Shown here: positions 25,320 to 37,095 of the stretch, piece after piece
Position numbering within the stretch: the stretch's first letter is position 1
Layout: the number at the start of each line of letters is the position of its first letter
Origin: Chlorokybus atmophyticus
Lineage: Eukaryota > Plantae > Mesostigma and Chlorokybus algae
NCBI GenBank assembly: GCA_009103225.1
Contig: RHPI01002204.1
Span: 310,001 to 374,000, forward strand
Direction: 5' to 3'
Length of the DNA stretch: 64,000 nt
Notes under the pieces: generated by a model
What the model was told of the DNA's origin: nothing
Databases searched by the model: none
Seen by the model: the letters and a program-made list of their open reading frames with translations, nothing else
Translations under genes and position numbers: made by a program

Positions 25320-25900
25320 ATCCATGTCAAGGAGACGCTCCGAGTTTCTCAAAATGTCAATATTTGTAGTAATGAATACTGGCAATAACAATGACGTAAT
25401 CTCCACCACCACAAAGTGGTTACATGCTTATTGTACTTAACCCAGTATTGTCAAGGAGATACTCTTGATTACTAGCAGTGGCAACATCAATAATGCTCGT
25501 GACACTCAAACAATCTCCCCACTCACAAGGTGGCTACATGCTTCTTGTTGACTCATCCTTGTGAAGAAGACATTCCAGATTACTTGTGTCATTATTGATG
25601 ATTTACTATGTCATTAACATTGAAGCAATCTCCGCCACAAAGCAATAACATGCTTACCCATCCTTGTCAAAGAGACTCGCTAAGTTACTCAAAGTGTTAA
25701 AATTGGTAACGAGTATTACTGTTCGTTATAAATATCGATTAATGGTGGTAACAATGTAACAATCTCCCCACTCAAAAGATGGCTACATGGCTACATGCTT
25801 ATTGTACTTACCGATCCTTCTTAAGGAAACACTCTAAATTGTTTGAAATGTTAAAATGGATTATTGATAATTCCATTAACTACAAGGTGGTTACATGCTC
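25320..25900 (+). repeat. degenerate tandem repeat, ~115-135-bp unit x4-5
   Basis: The core AATCTCC..CACAA..TGG(T/C)TACATGCT recurs at ~25399, 25512, 25627, 25761 and 25882. Confidence 0.7.
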
Positions 25901-26634
25901 ATTATTTCTTAAAAGCCAATCAAGCATTTCCGACAAAGTTGATGAGTTCATATGGGTTAGAGTGACTTTTGCTAGTGCTACATGCGTAACTATTGTAAGA
26001 TAGCTCTTCAATTGTGCTTGTTGGTTTTTTATTAATGTTATGGTCATTGTTATTTAACACATTTCATTAACCTTTTTCATACTTTGCTACATCAAGTAAT
26101 GATGACGGCAGCAACCGGCGGCTCATCAGGTCATCATTTTATTTATCACGGTCCAAGCCTTTGACCCTTTAACTCAAAGGGTCCAAAGGACGCTTTATCA
26201 ACATTAATGGTGTTGTACAGTCAGAAAGCCAGAGGCCTTCCCTATGGCAGATTGCAGGAAATGGTCGGTCGAGATGGATGCTCGCGTCGTATGTAGGCCA
26301 TGAGTAACGTGTGAGCATGGGTGAACTGGGGTGATCGACAGCCGTGGTCTCTGTAAGTTTATCGTTGATTGTCGGCGGTGTTGGTAAGGTGAACAGCGTA
26401 AGTTAACGACCGTTTATGAGCGATGTTGCATGAACGATCGACTGTGTGCGTTGTTGGTTGTCGTTTGCAGTTGTCGTTGCTCACGGCAAAGTATATCACT
26501 GTCGTCGATGCGGAGGCGCCGGTGTACCCTGATATCAGCTTATGCCAACGGTGGTAGTATTCGAATTTGCAAGTGCAGATGAGGCGGGGTGTTTGCAGTG
26601 TTGGCTGGGCTGTGTGTTGTGGGCGGCGGCGTCG

Positions 26635-29600
26635 ATGGCGGATGATGCTAGTCTAGCGTCGCTTTTGGAGGAGCAACGACAGAAGCTCGAGTTGATAGAG
26701 GCGGCGAGGAAGGGTCGCAATACAAGCCAGCGTGACTATGCCAGGCGTCGCCGTGAGGAAGATAAGAATTACATTCAGCAGCTGAAGGAAGAGTGTGGGC
26801 TGGTGAAATCTCGGATGAACGCAACTGGCGTGTTTTTGCATGCATTGACATGTGGGAAGACTTGGAGATGGCAAGGAGATAACCTTGTTTTGGTTCAGGT
26901 GCGTGTGGAGGGTGCTTCGTGTGTTCATGCGTGTGTATTGTGTGTATCGTGCATTGTCTCCACCTGTGACTGCGGTTTAATTTGGCAGCTGATATGGATG
27001 AGAAGTGTTTTGTGCTCGACATACTGACCCTGATGTATTGTTTGAGCAGGATACCTTGCCGACGCCTGGTGGCGCACCTCTTGGACTATGTGCGCAGGTG
27101 AGGTGCGGTTGCATGCTGCATGCTGCGTAGCACTGTAGTTGGCTGCAAAACCGTGCTCAATGGTGCATGTTGCAGGAGAATGATGGTGAATTGGCTCTGT
27201 CGTCGTCCGATGAGGAGGAAGATCAGGAGAATATCCATCAAGTACTTTCGCAGCGTAAGAAGCAGAAGCAGCATCATACGCCTCATCAGCAGCAAGTGCC
27301 ACCAGCCTCTGCACTGCACCAGACACCGCATGGCAATGTGCGCCATGATCAGAATGGCAACCGTGTCGTGTTGGGACCGGCCATGTCTCGGTTGAACACA
27401 GCGAGAGGCGTACCTAAAACGCCCAAGACACCACTTGGCACCTTGCCAGGTGGGCGCTTAGCTTAGCCTGATTTGCTTTGCTAGGCGGTACCCTGAGAGA
27501 CCATGAATTATGTGTAGTAGATGAGACGATGTTGTATACCTATTGCCTAAATGTGGATTTGAGAACTAGTTTCCACAGCTTGATGCATGTGTTGTGTGCA
27601 GACCAGGTTCGTCGTGCCAGCGTGCATGCGGATGATGCGTACAGACAGACCCGTGTGTTCAGCCAGCTGGAGGTATAGTGGGAGTGGGGGGCACGCAAAC
27701 AAGTAAACATGCTGTGTAGTTGATCCTTCAATGCACAGTCATCTTGTCAGCAGCTTGTGTTAGGTTCAATGTATTGGCGTTCGATGTAGAAAATGGGGAT
27801 GTGGTCTGTAAATTTGCCTGGCATCCATACTCAAGTCACCATGTGGAATGGCAGAGTGGTATGAACAGGTGTCATTATAGTCTACATCACTATGTATGTA
27901 AGCACTTTTTCAACAGTAGTCGGCAGATTGCGAAATAGGGGACTACATCCATATGATAATATATGCTCTGGGCGCCCAACCACTGTGTCTATGCAGTCAG
28001 CGACTTTACAAGTTCAGAGCTTGAGGGCGGAGATGGCTTCAGACAAGCAGGGGAGAGATCGTGCGCAACGCGACTTGGATGCGGCGCTGGTGAGGCTGCG
28101 TGTCATGGAATCAAGCGGCAGCTCCAACACCAACACTGCCTTGCAGAATGCCTTGCAGGAGGTGCTGCAGTTGCGCACACAATGCGAGGTTGGTGTTGCC
28201 TAATCCTTGTATGATGTATGTGGTGTATATTTGGGTTTGACTTACCTCTGGCTTGCATGGTGTAGGACTTGCGAGATCAGCTCACACAGAATGTATGTCA
28301 AGATGACCAACGCCGCGCAGAGTCTGCACGGCCTGTTGGGGAACTGGAAGAGGAGTTGGATGCAATGACCCTGCATGCTGAGGTGAGTGGGTGCACAACC
28401 TTGCATGCAATATTATAATGACTATCAGAGGCCTCCATGTCCTGAAGTCGAACATATCACCAGGTGTTGGAGACCAGGGTGGGCGAGGAAGCGGACGCTT
28501 ATAACGCTGAGAGGAGACACTGGCTGCAGGTGGAGTGCAATCTGTCAGGATATCGTGGCAAGTTAGTGGAGCTGGAGGACGTGATCGCTGGTCTACGTGA
28601 GACTGTGCGCACAAACAGGGCGTGCCATCCATCGCAGCACGATGCACGTGTGGCGGACGAGGTGCGCCAGCTCTATGAGGACGATGTGCAGCGAGCAGCC
28701 AATGAGGACTGTCACGAACCTTTGGCATGTGCGGTGAGAGATATTGCTTCCCAATTGCTGCAGAGGGATGCCGTTGTATTCCTGACTGCAGTAGCAGTCA
28801 AGTACAATATTACACCTGCGCGTGTACTGCTGCGTGCTGTGAACCAGCGCTTACCGGGAGCGGGTGTGGTAGTGACCGGCGCCAGGCAACAGGCGCCGGT
28901 CCTTTGGTATGCCTGTTGCGCCATGGGATGAGGGTTATTGAGGTGCCGGCCAGCACACAGCCAACTCGTACGGGTACCAGCGCGGTTGATGGCGACCAAC
29001 TGCCTGCTGCTGTACTTCGTCACCTGAACAGGGTTATGGAGGCGGAGAGGCAACGGCATGTCGAGCGCAACAGACAGGACCCTGATCTGCGCTGCGTGAA
29101 TTGGCAAGAGGAGTGGGAGAAATAATGAAATGAAATGAAATGAAATGCGGACCTGTAGTGCGACAGTTGTTTGGCACACTGACTGGCTACAGTCAGATGG
29201 AGCGATTGCCATCTTCTGGTCCTAAACGGGCTCGTGCTTTAACAATCCTGCGCAATAAGACTGTGTTCCTGATGCACTGTGCATTGTATGCAAGGAGCAA
29301 GTTTGCATACTCTCCATTGCATCTGGCGGTCACGGACGAGGTGGACACACATTCTGAAGGGAACAAGTTAATCAGGACCCTCAACCGCCTGGGTGTGACA
29401 GTAAGCCGAAGCCACATCGATCGACACATACACACCAGGGCGCTTCACAATCTGAACAGCATCGCTCGATTGCAGCCCCGACCTGGTATACACATGCTGG
29501 CATCGATTGATAATCTAGACGTAAAGGCAGGCCACCAGGCACGCTACAAAGGCAGGAAAGCAGGAGACATCCATGCCACTTCAACTCAGCTTACCTCGAC

Positions 29601-32600
29601 AGCCGCTCGGATGCCTCCAGAACAACTGACTCTGCAGGTGAGTTGTCAGCCCATGGTGATCAGGGAGACCAATTACTGCGAGTACAGGTCAGTCAGACCC
29701 GCATCTTGTGGGCAATGCATGTACTCATTGTTGGTGTTGTTACAGCCATTGAGGAATCGCACGCTGGCAGAGTCACTGGTGGCTGAGCCGTGCGTCGACA
29801 ATATGCCTCCTCCTGCGCCCATGCAAAGAGCACCAGTTGTTGTGCGGAGCGTTCCAATCTTGAACTTAATGCCTGAGGAGGTTGCGGCACTGGAGAGTTT
29901 CCAAAAAACGTTACATAATGCCGTGTTGATGCGCATGCAAGAGCCGGACCAAACAAGTCTGCCAACACTCAAGGAGGATTGGGCACGGTGGCTGCAGCTG
30001 GCCACAGGCAGAAGCACTGAAGTTGCCAACGACATTGAATACCTGCCTGTGTTGCCTTTCTGCCCTGACAATATAGAGAACCTCAAGTTTGCGCTCTTGC
30101 AACTGCGCGCCAAGGTTGGCATCACGGATTTAACAAGCAAGATCTGTGTTACTGGGGACCAGAAGACGTTTGCCCTGATGCAAGCACTAAAAAAGGCAGA
30201 GCCGGGCTACTTAGACTGGGTGGTGCCTTTCCCTGGAGATTTCCATGTCAAGATGAACATGCAGCCCGTCATTATGAAGATGGCCTGGGACGCTGGTCTC
30301 GATGCTATGTCCTTGGAAGCCAGTTTTTCTGCAGCCACGGCACGCAATTATTTAGCAGACGGCTCTCATTGGAAGAAGATACACAATTTTCTGTGTAAAG
30401 TCTTGGAGGCACTGTACAGACATATGTTCAAGTTGTGGCAGCAAGCAGAAACCGCAGAAATCAAGAACTTGTGCAGAGCTGACCTGGAGGAGAACGGAAT
30501 CAATGCCTTAAAGTCTGCTTCCTTCTTTCGCGAATGGTGCGAGGGTCAGTGCAAGACCGATCATACCTAGCAGTTCTGGTGGAACTTTGTGAGCCGTGAT
30601 ATGCTGCATTACTTTGGGCTATTTTGTGGTGTTCGCCAGAAGATCTGGCATCTCCGACTGGCCAGCTGGAAGGGTCTGAGCCCGCTTCCATTCGCCTGGG
30701 ATCGCTACCATTATCAGAAAGTCATGACGCTGCATCTTGCAGACCTGCAGAGCATGCCGCGCTCTTTGCTGGATATGCTAGCCGAAGGTGGCTTTGCAGT
30801 CAGTCTAACAGGATCGGCTGGCAGACTGGTTGCTCTCGATGAAGCCCATGAGTGCCAGGTCAACAGAGATATGAAGATGTCACTGCGCAGGCCCACCACC
30901 GAGCAGCTCCGTCAGAAGTCATTGTACTCCGGGGAGCGCAGTCAAGCACACAAGCAACTAGAGCGTCAGCTACTGCTTGACACCAACCTGGTCAACAACG
31001 AGCTGGATGATGACGCCGACGACGACCACGAGAGGGTAATGCGGACACTGGCTACCGATGCCGCCAGGTGTGGCAGCGATCTAATGCATCTTGCTGAGCT
31101 GCTGGAGAATACACAAGCCTTGACAAGGCCACACGCGCTGCACTTGACGCATCTTACCACCGGGGTACCAGCGGCGGCTGCTGCTTCAGCAGATCTTGCG
31201 CGACACTACCAGGTTGGTGTTGAGGCCATGAAGTCCTTTGTGGAGGTTGACGTCTGCCGCGAGGCACCTGCGTGCAAAGTCAGTCGCAGATTCAACTTGA
31301 AAACAATGGCACCTGCTAAGAAGCGCATGAGCAAACAGGCCACCGTGATCAAGCAGTACCGTCAAGAGATGTTGGTGGCCAAGCGCCTGGCTGCCAATGG
31401 TGCTAGTCAGGAGACCGTCACAGCAAGATACTGCGAGCATCCATGGGCGCTGTTTGAGGAGCTCCAGGCAAGATGCGGTCTGGCGACAAGGCCAAGTTTA
31501 TGGCGGAGGTAGCTCCTCTCGACAACACATGCTGGAGCCGCATGTCCCCGCAGGGCGTGGAGTGCATCATCCTGGAAGGCATGTTCCTGATTAATCAAGA
31601 ATGCCACATGCTGCAAGGCACCATCAAAAACTATATCCAATGCTTGATGCGCACCTGCGTGCTCAGCCGGCTCGCTAATTAGACCGTGCGCAGCGTGCAA
31701 GTTGTGTTTGACACTCCACGACTTTAAACGGGGGTCAAGTCTTCACTGCAACGCGCACGTGACGGTGCGGCGCAATCCTCTGGTGGTCGTCTAACTCTGG
31801 ACACTGAGCTGCCGAGATTGTGGCGGGATGTGCTAAGAGATCGTAGCTTGAAGCGATCTCTGTGTGAACTGATAACAGAGGACATGCCCAACATGATTGC
31901 GGAGTACCTGCACCCCGACCAAGAGGTTGTATTCGCTGGCGGGTCCGATATAGACGAAGTTGGAGACCTTGCGCGTGTCGTGGCACGCGCTTCGGACAGC
32001 CCTGCACGCGTATATTTTGTGAACGACTATGTTTGTAACCATGGAGAAGCTGACTCTCGCGTCTGGGTGCATGCGCACAAATGCCCCTACAACAACATCC
32101 TCGTATACTCACCGGATACCGATGTGACCATGATTGGCCTGGCGATCACCGACGGGTGGGATGCAGTGTTGAAGGACGTCACAGTACAAGTGGCACAGCA
32201 CTCCAGTGGCTCCACTCGACCACCCTTCCTGCACTTGTCTACACTGCAATAACAAGTCAACAGCATGCACCAGGTGCAGAGCATCGCCACCGGGTTGCGT
32301 GGCTGGTGGCTTCTTCTGGTGTATGCAGCAACTGGTTGCGACTACACCTCATTTATTGGCGGCATCTCGAAACAGTTCATCTGGCGCACGGTCCTGGCAC
32401 AGCATGCAACATTCATCACCGGCAATGTTAGTGAAGTGGAACATGAGATGTGTTTCGCTATACTGCGCCTCATTGGGTGCTCTTACTTCGAGAAGTACAG
32501 GTCCAGCTTCGACAGCGGCACTCCTGCATCTCTGTACTTCGAGTTGCACGGGCCTGAATCAACCACCAGCGATAAGGGATGATTGGCAGACTGGTTAGAG

Positions 32601-33137
32601 GCAATCCACAAAACAGTGTGGAAGAAGATTGCCACGCCACGAGATACCATGCCCACAGTCGATGCACTATGGCTGCATGCACTTCGCTCGGTGTATGCAG
32701 TGCAGATGTGGATGCAGAGCTGCAATGGTGACATGCACATGCCTGACTTGTCTGATTATGGTTTCACTGAGGTCAATGGGTTATGGACTGCTGTCCAAGA
32801 TCTGCCAGAACACATGGTGGAGGCGAAAGCTAGGAGGCAATTGCTGATGAAGGGTTGTGGATGCAAGACTGGACGATGTATCAGCAAGAGATGCAAGTGT
32901 CGCAAGGCAGGACAAGCATGCACCGACAGCTGTTCGTGTTTGGGATGTGACAACCACGGTAATCACGTGGACGAGGGCGCTAGTGCAGCTCCTAGTTGCC
33001 ACACAACAACCCCCCCGCCCGTGGTCAACCCAACAGCCGAACCGTCAACACAGGCAATGGACAACGATTATCCAGATTCTGTCAACTTAGACAGTGATGA
33101 GGAAGACCTCACCATGATGGATATGGACGACGTCTAG
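26635..33137 (+). pseudogene. Academ transposase-XPG/PIN-like nuclease-Cys8 finger gene, intron-containing 5' part, disrupted
   Basis: Coiled-coil-like spliced N-terminal exons, then IDNLD, GDQKT, PFPGDFH, DEAHEC.VNR (transposase part); ILEGM, VVFD, HGEADSRVWVHA, VYSPDTDV, TGCDYTS (XPG/PIN-like, H3TH); and GCGCKTGRCISKRCKCRKAGQACTDSCSCLGCDN (Cys8). In-frame stops at ~30568, 31680, 32250 and 32580, plus frameshifts at ~29125, 31470 and 31725. Confidence 0.85.
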
Positions 33138-33569
33138 GGCGGCCTGCTACTCTCGCAGAAGGCGCCGCGAGCAGTAAGTTCTACCATAGCCACGCCCCAC
33201 TGCACCTCACCCAACCCGCTCAACCTCAGGCAACCCAATCTACTGCACCTGTCAACGCCGCCGCCACCGGCAGCATCCTCATCCGCAACCTCCTCCGCAA
33301 CCGCCGCCGCCTCCGCCGGGTGCCCAAACCGCAGACACACAACCACATCAACAGAAGGTGCCGGCACCGCCGCCGCCACCGGCAGCTTGCTCCCCCGCCT
33401 CTGCCTACACCGCCGCCCCCGCCAGCCTCGAGCAGAGATCTGTGCTGGCTGGTATGTAGCAAGCGCATGTTTTTAGGGTTTGCAACGCGTGTTTTTAGGG
33501 TAGTGCAGCTCAGCAACATGTGTGTTGCATTGCAAGGCGGCGGAGTTGGCGGAATGCAGTGGCACCAAC

Positions 33570-34025
33570 ATGGAGACGGCGGGCACGGTCAAGAAGGTCA
33601 TGGTTTGTGACGTGTGCCATTCCTACGTCGTCAACAACGGTCAGCGTTCGCGCCTTCAGAAACATCAGGCTCAGTGCAAGGCGTACCAGGAGCGCTTTGG
33701 ATACACTGCCGCATGCTGGCATCACCACGCTGCAGGTCATCACATCCTGCACTGCCGAGTGAAGCTTAGGTGTGCGCAACCAGAGTTTTTTAATATGCAG
33801 TGCGCATGCCATCAGTGCGAAAGCTCTCTGTTTGAATGGCACGGCCTACCCATGCGATACATGCCTTACGTCCGCCCCACCACCATGATCGAAGGGATGC
33901 AATGCCGCCTGCTGGCGGTGAGTGGCACAGATGGCACTGATGATACTGCACGCATTTGTGCCAACACTAATACTGTATATACAACTTGTGCGCCAGGGCC
34001 AGCGCGTGCGCTGCGGACGCGGTGA
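33570..34025 (+). CDS. Cys/His-rich ORF, possible Zn-finger; possibly the 5' exon(s) of the Tudor-methyltransferase gene
   Basis: METAG..CDVC..HQAQC..CWHHH..CACHQC, preceded by a GC-rich tract and two TTTTAGGG motifs (33471, 33493). The link to the downstream exon is not resolved. Confidence 0.4.
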   Translation: METAGTVKKVMVCDVCHSYVVNNGQRSRLQKHQAQCKAYQERFGYTAACWHHHAAGHHILHCRVKLRCAQPEFFNMQCACHQCESSLFEWHGLPMRYMPYVRPTTMIEGMQCRLLAVSGTDGTDDTARICANTNTVYTTCAPGPARALRTR

Positions 34026-34143
34026 CGCGCAGACCGTTGTCATGCTGCCAGAGATAACCGCTGTTGCATCAGATTTCCTCGAGGTTGGTGTTTCAATGTG
34101 AACGTGCATCACACCTAGTGCATTACACAACAGCATTGTAATT

Positions 34144-35332
34144 GTGGACAACCAGACTGAACGAGAAGGAACCGATGCCGCCAGCGTGCTGCGCCAGCGT
34201 TGCGCGCGCGGGGGTGATGCATTGGAGGGCCTCGATGTACTGGTGTACTGGCCGATGGACGAGACTTGGTATACCGGAGTCGTCTACATTTACAACCCAC
34301 GCAATGGTGAGTTATGCACTGTCAAGAGCATTCACACGCGACACCGGCCATGGACTCAACGTAGCGCACTGCAATTGCAGGGCGCCACAGTGTGCGCTTT
34401 GTCGACGGCGACAAGCAGCATATGAAGATCAACGAGCACAACATGGTGGTTGTGTTCTGGCACCAAGGAGCTCAGTGTTGCCACCGCGTTGGTGGTCAGC
34501 GCGTACCCACTCACCGCAAGATCCCTCCGCCTCTGCCGTGTCTCCCGCTGTGGTCGTCATCAGCGCCATTGCTGATGACACACACTCCTGTCAGAATGGA
34601 GGGCACACCGCACCGTCCCAAGGTCCTTGACCTGTGCTGCGGCGGGGGAGGTGCTGGGATGGGGTTGTACCGAGCAGGGTTCGACGTTACCGGCGTTGAC
34701 ATCAATCCACAGCCCGAGTACCCGTTCCCCTTCATACAAGCTAATGCCCTGGTAGTCGACCTGGCGCCATAAAACTGATTTGGGCTAGCCCCCCTTGCCA
34801 GGCATATGCCCGATGCATACCAGATTCACAACGTCACCAGCATTCCACACGATGGAAGCACAGCACACTGCTGCCATCGCTGCGATTGCGCCTTCATGAG
34901 TCAGGAAAGAACTACATCCTGGAGAACATACCAGATGCTGCATGTCACATGCAGCACAACATGGTGCTGTGCGGCACCATGTTTGGACTGCCAATCTTCC
35001 GGCACAGGCTTTTTGAGACACATCCCAAGGTGGTAGCCGACCTGGTGTGCGACCATACGTCCAAGAGTCTACGTCCACTGTCGGGTCATGTGTCCAGCAC
35101 TGCCAGCCGCACACTGACCAGCACTACCCAGCAGATGTACCCCGTGTATGGCTCCGCTGCATCGCGCGGTACCATATCCGGCTGGCAGCAAGCATTAGGC
35201 ATTGACTGGATTGATGCTAATGCCACACTCGTCGAATGCATTCCGCCTGCATACTCTGAGTATATTGGGCGGTGCATGTTGCAGGCAATGGGATACACAT
35301 TGAACAGCGGCCCCATATCATGGGGCCGCTGA
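34144..35332 (+). pseudogene. Tudor domain fused to phage-type C5 cytosine DNA methyltransferase (single -1 frameshift at ~34770)
   Basis: Removing the GT-AG intron 34307-34380 gives [34 protein letters not shown] (Tudor) in frame with [38 protein letters not shown]. After a 1-nt deletion it continues LIWASPPCQAY..YILENIP..LCGTMFGLPIFRHRLFE..ALGIDW..ECIPPAYSEYIG. Confidence 0.88.
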
Positions 35333-35783
35333 GTATCAATCCGCATGCCTATTTGTGTTAGTTTACAAGTCAATTTGTACACTGGTGCACATTGATTCTC
35401 AATGCACATTTCCTGGTCAATATATGGTTGCAACCTTGTATGACCACAACTTTGCATTCGCGCTCACACATCAACGTCAGTTTTCCACTGCCGCTCACAC
35501 ACAGCACCAGACATCCTATCTCCATGTGTGGTTATCCATGTTGCAGGCAATGGGATACACATTGAACAGCGGCCCCATGATATGGGGCCGCTGAGTATCA
35601 ATCCGCATGCCTATTCGTGTTAGTTTACAAGTCAATTTGTACACTGGTGCACATTGATTCTCAATGCACATTTCCTTGTCAATATATGGTTGCAACCTTG
35701 CATGACCACAACTTTGCATTCGCGCTCACACATCAACGTCAGTTTTCCACTGCCGCTCACATATAGCACCAGACATCCTATCT
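35275..35783 (+). repeat. 247-bp near-identical tandem duplication (35275-35521 and 35537-35783)
   Basis: Duplicates the last codons and the 3' region of the methyltransferase gene. Confidence 0.9.
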
Positions 35784-35924
35784 GCACGCCCATGCCGGTC
35801 TAACTACACAACGTCACCGTCCAGTTGATGCGGAATAGGGGACATGCATACACTGCGCGCAGTCACCTAGCGAGCAGACACACACGTTATGTACAAGTAG
35901 CTTGTTGCGTACAGTGCACACTGC

Positions 35925-37095
35925 CTAAGACACCACAGCTGCACTGGCATCCTCACTGCCCTCCTCGCTGGTGTCACACCCTGCCTGCGATGGAGTCTCT
36001 TTGTCGTATGCACCAAACCATTGAGCGCCGTACTCGGACTGGTCAGAGTCAGTGTCGTTGTCCATGTCTCTGAACACCTGGGTGAGGTCGTCGTGAGCAA
36101 GCATCCATTCCACAGGCGTGAATACATGTGACCCAGGCACACAATACCATGATCAACATCACCCATTTAGAAGCGTCTGCCTGTTATATACCCTACCTGT
36201 CAAGCACCCTGATCCATATGCCAAGCAGAGTGAATCACCACTGTAGCCGCAGCTTGCACATCGCAAGCGACTCGCAACCCAGGCCACACACGAGACAGAT
36301 CTCAACCCAGCTGGTCGGCAATCCAGTGCATATGCATACATCGATGAGGGGCAGAATACAACTGAGTCTCGTGACACAACACACACCCAATCAATATATA
36401 CACCCACCACATTGATTACAGTTGCAACACACATACGTGCGCACATACCAGGGTTTGCAGGCACGACAGGATCCTAACCTCCACCGACAACTGCAGGGGG
36501 CGGGTGGGGCAAGCCAGGATTATCTGATTGGGCATCGTTGCCACCCTACAATGGATGCATGCTCCACTGACCGATCTCAAACGGGCTCCAATCAGTGTCA
36601 TGCCACTGCTCAAGCCAATGCCGTCGCCTTCCAGGTTCCACATCACAATCAGTGGCGATCACCCAACGTGCCAGCACCACTCCACCCACCACATGCTCCA
36701 ACACCAGCAGATCACTACTCAAACGCATTGGCCTGCCGCCTGCTCGTCGAACCCTATGCAAGCTGTACCTAAACCCAAACCCACCCAAAAGCTCCACGTG
36801 CAGCTCCTTGACACCATCGCCAGACTGCACCCCAAACCCAGCAACCTGCAACGGTCAGCCTAGCGAAACCTACACAAGACCGGGGGACAATATCACATGC
36901 CACGCATCCGCCTATACAGAGACCAAAGCAACACGAAGCTGCACAACGACAAATCATGCACATTACTTAACGCTGACTCACCTGCTCGTATGCAGACTGG
37001 TAGAATGTGCTACTCCGATGTATGTGAGGGAGTGCCCTGCTGTCAGCAATAGTAACTGCCAAGGGGTTGTCGCCGCCCCCGCCGTCGACATCCAT
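35925..37095 (-). pseudogene. unidentified spliced gene remnant inside the Academ element
   Basis: MDVDGGGGDNP..YQSAYEQ|gtgag, then Trp-rich coding-like blocks (LLVLEHVVGGVVLARWVIATD..HWLEQWHDTDWSPFEIGQW; MHWIADQLG..VWPGLRVACDVQ; FTPVEWMLAHDDL) with stops. No family recognised. Confidence 0.4.

Noticed and set aside
26158-26189. Hairpin just left of the Academ TIR as a Helitron 3' end
   Set aside because: No CTRR terminus at the expected distance on either strand.
26214-26240. Tc1/mariner reading of the Academ ends (TA|CAGT)
   Set aside because: The right end is followed by TGTA rather than TA, giving a 4-bp TSD, and the enclosed protein has Academ/XPG motifs rather than DD34D/E.
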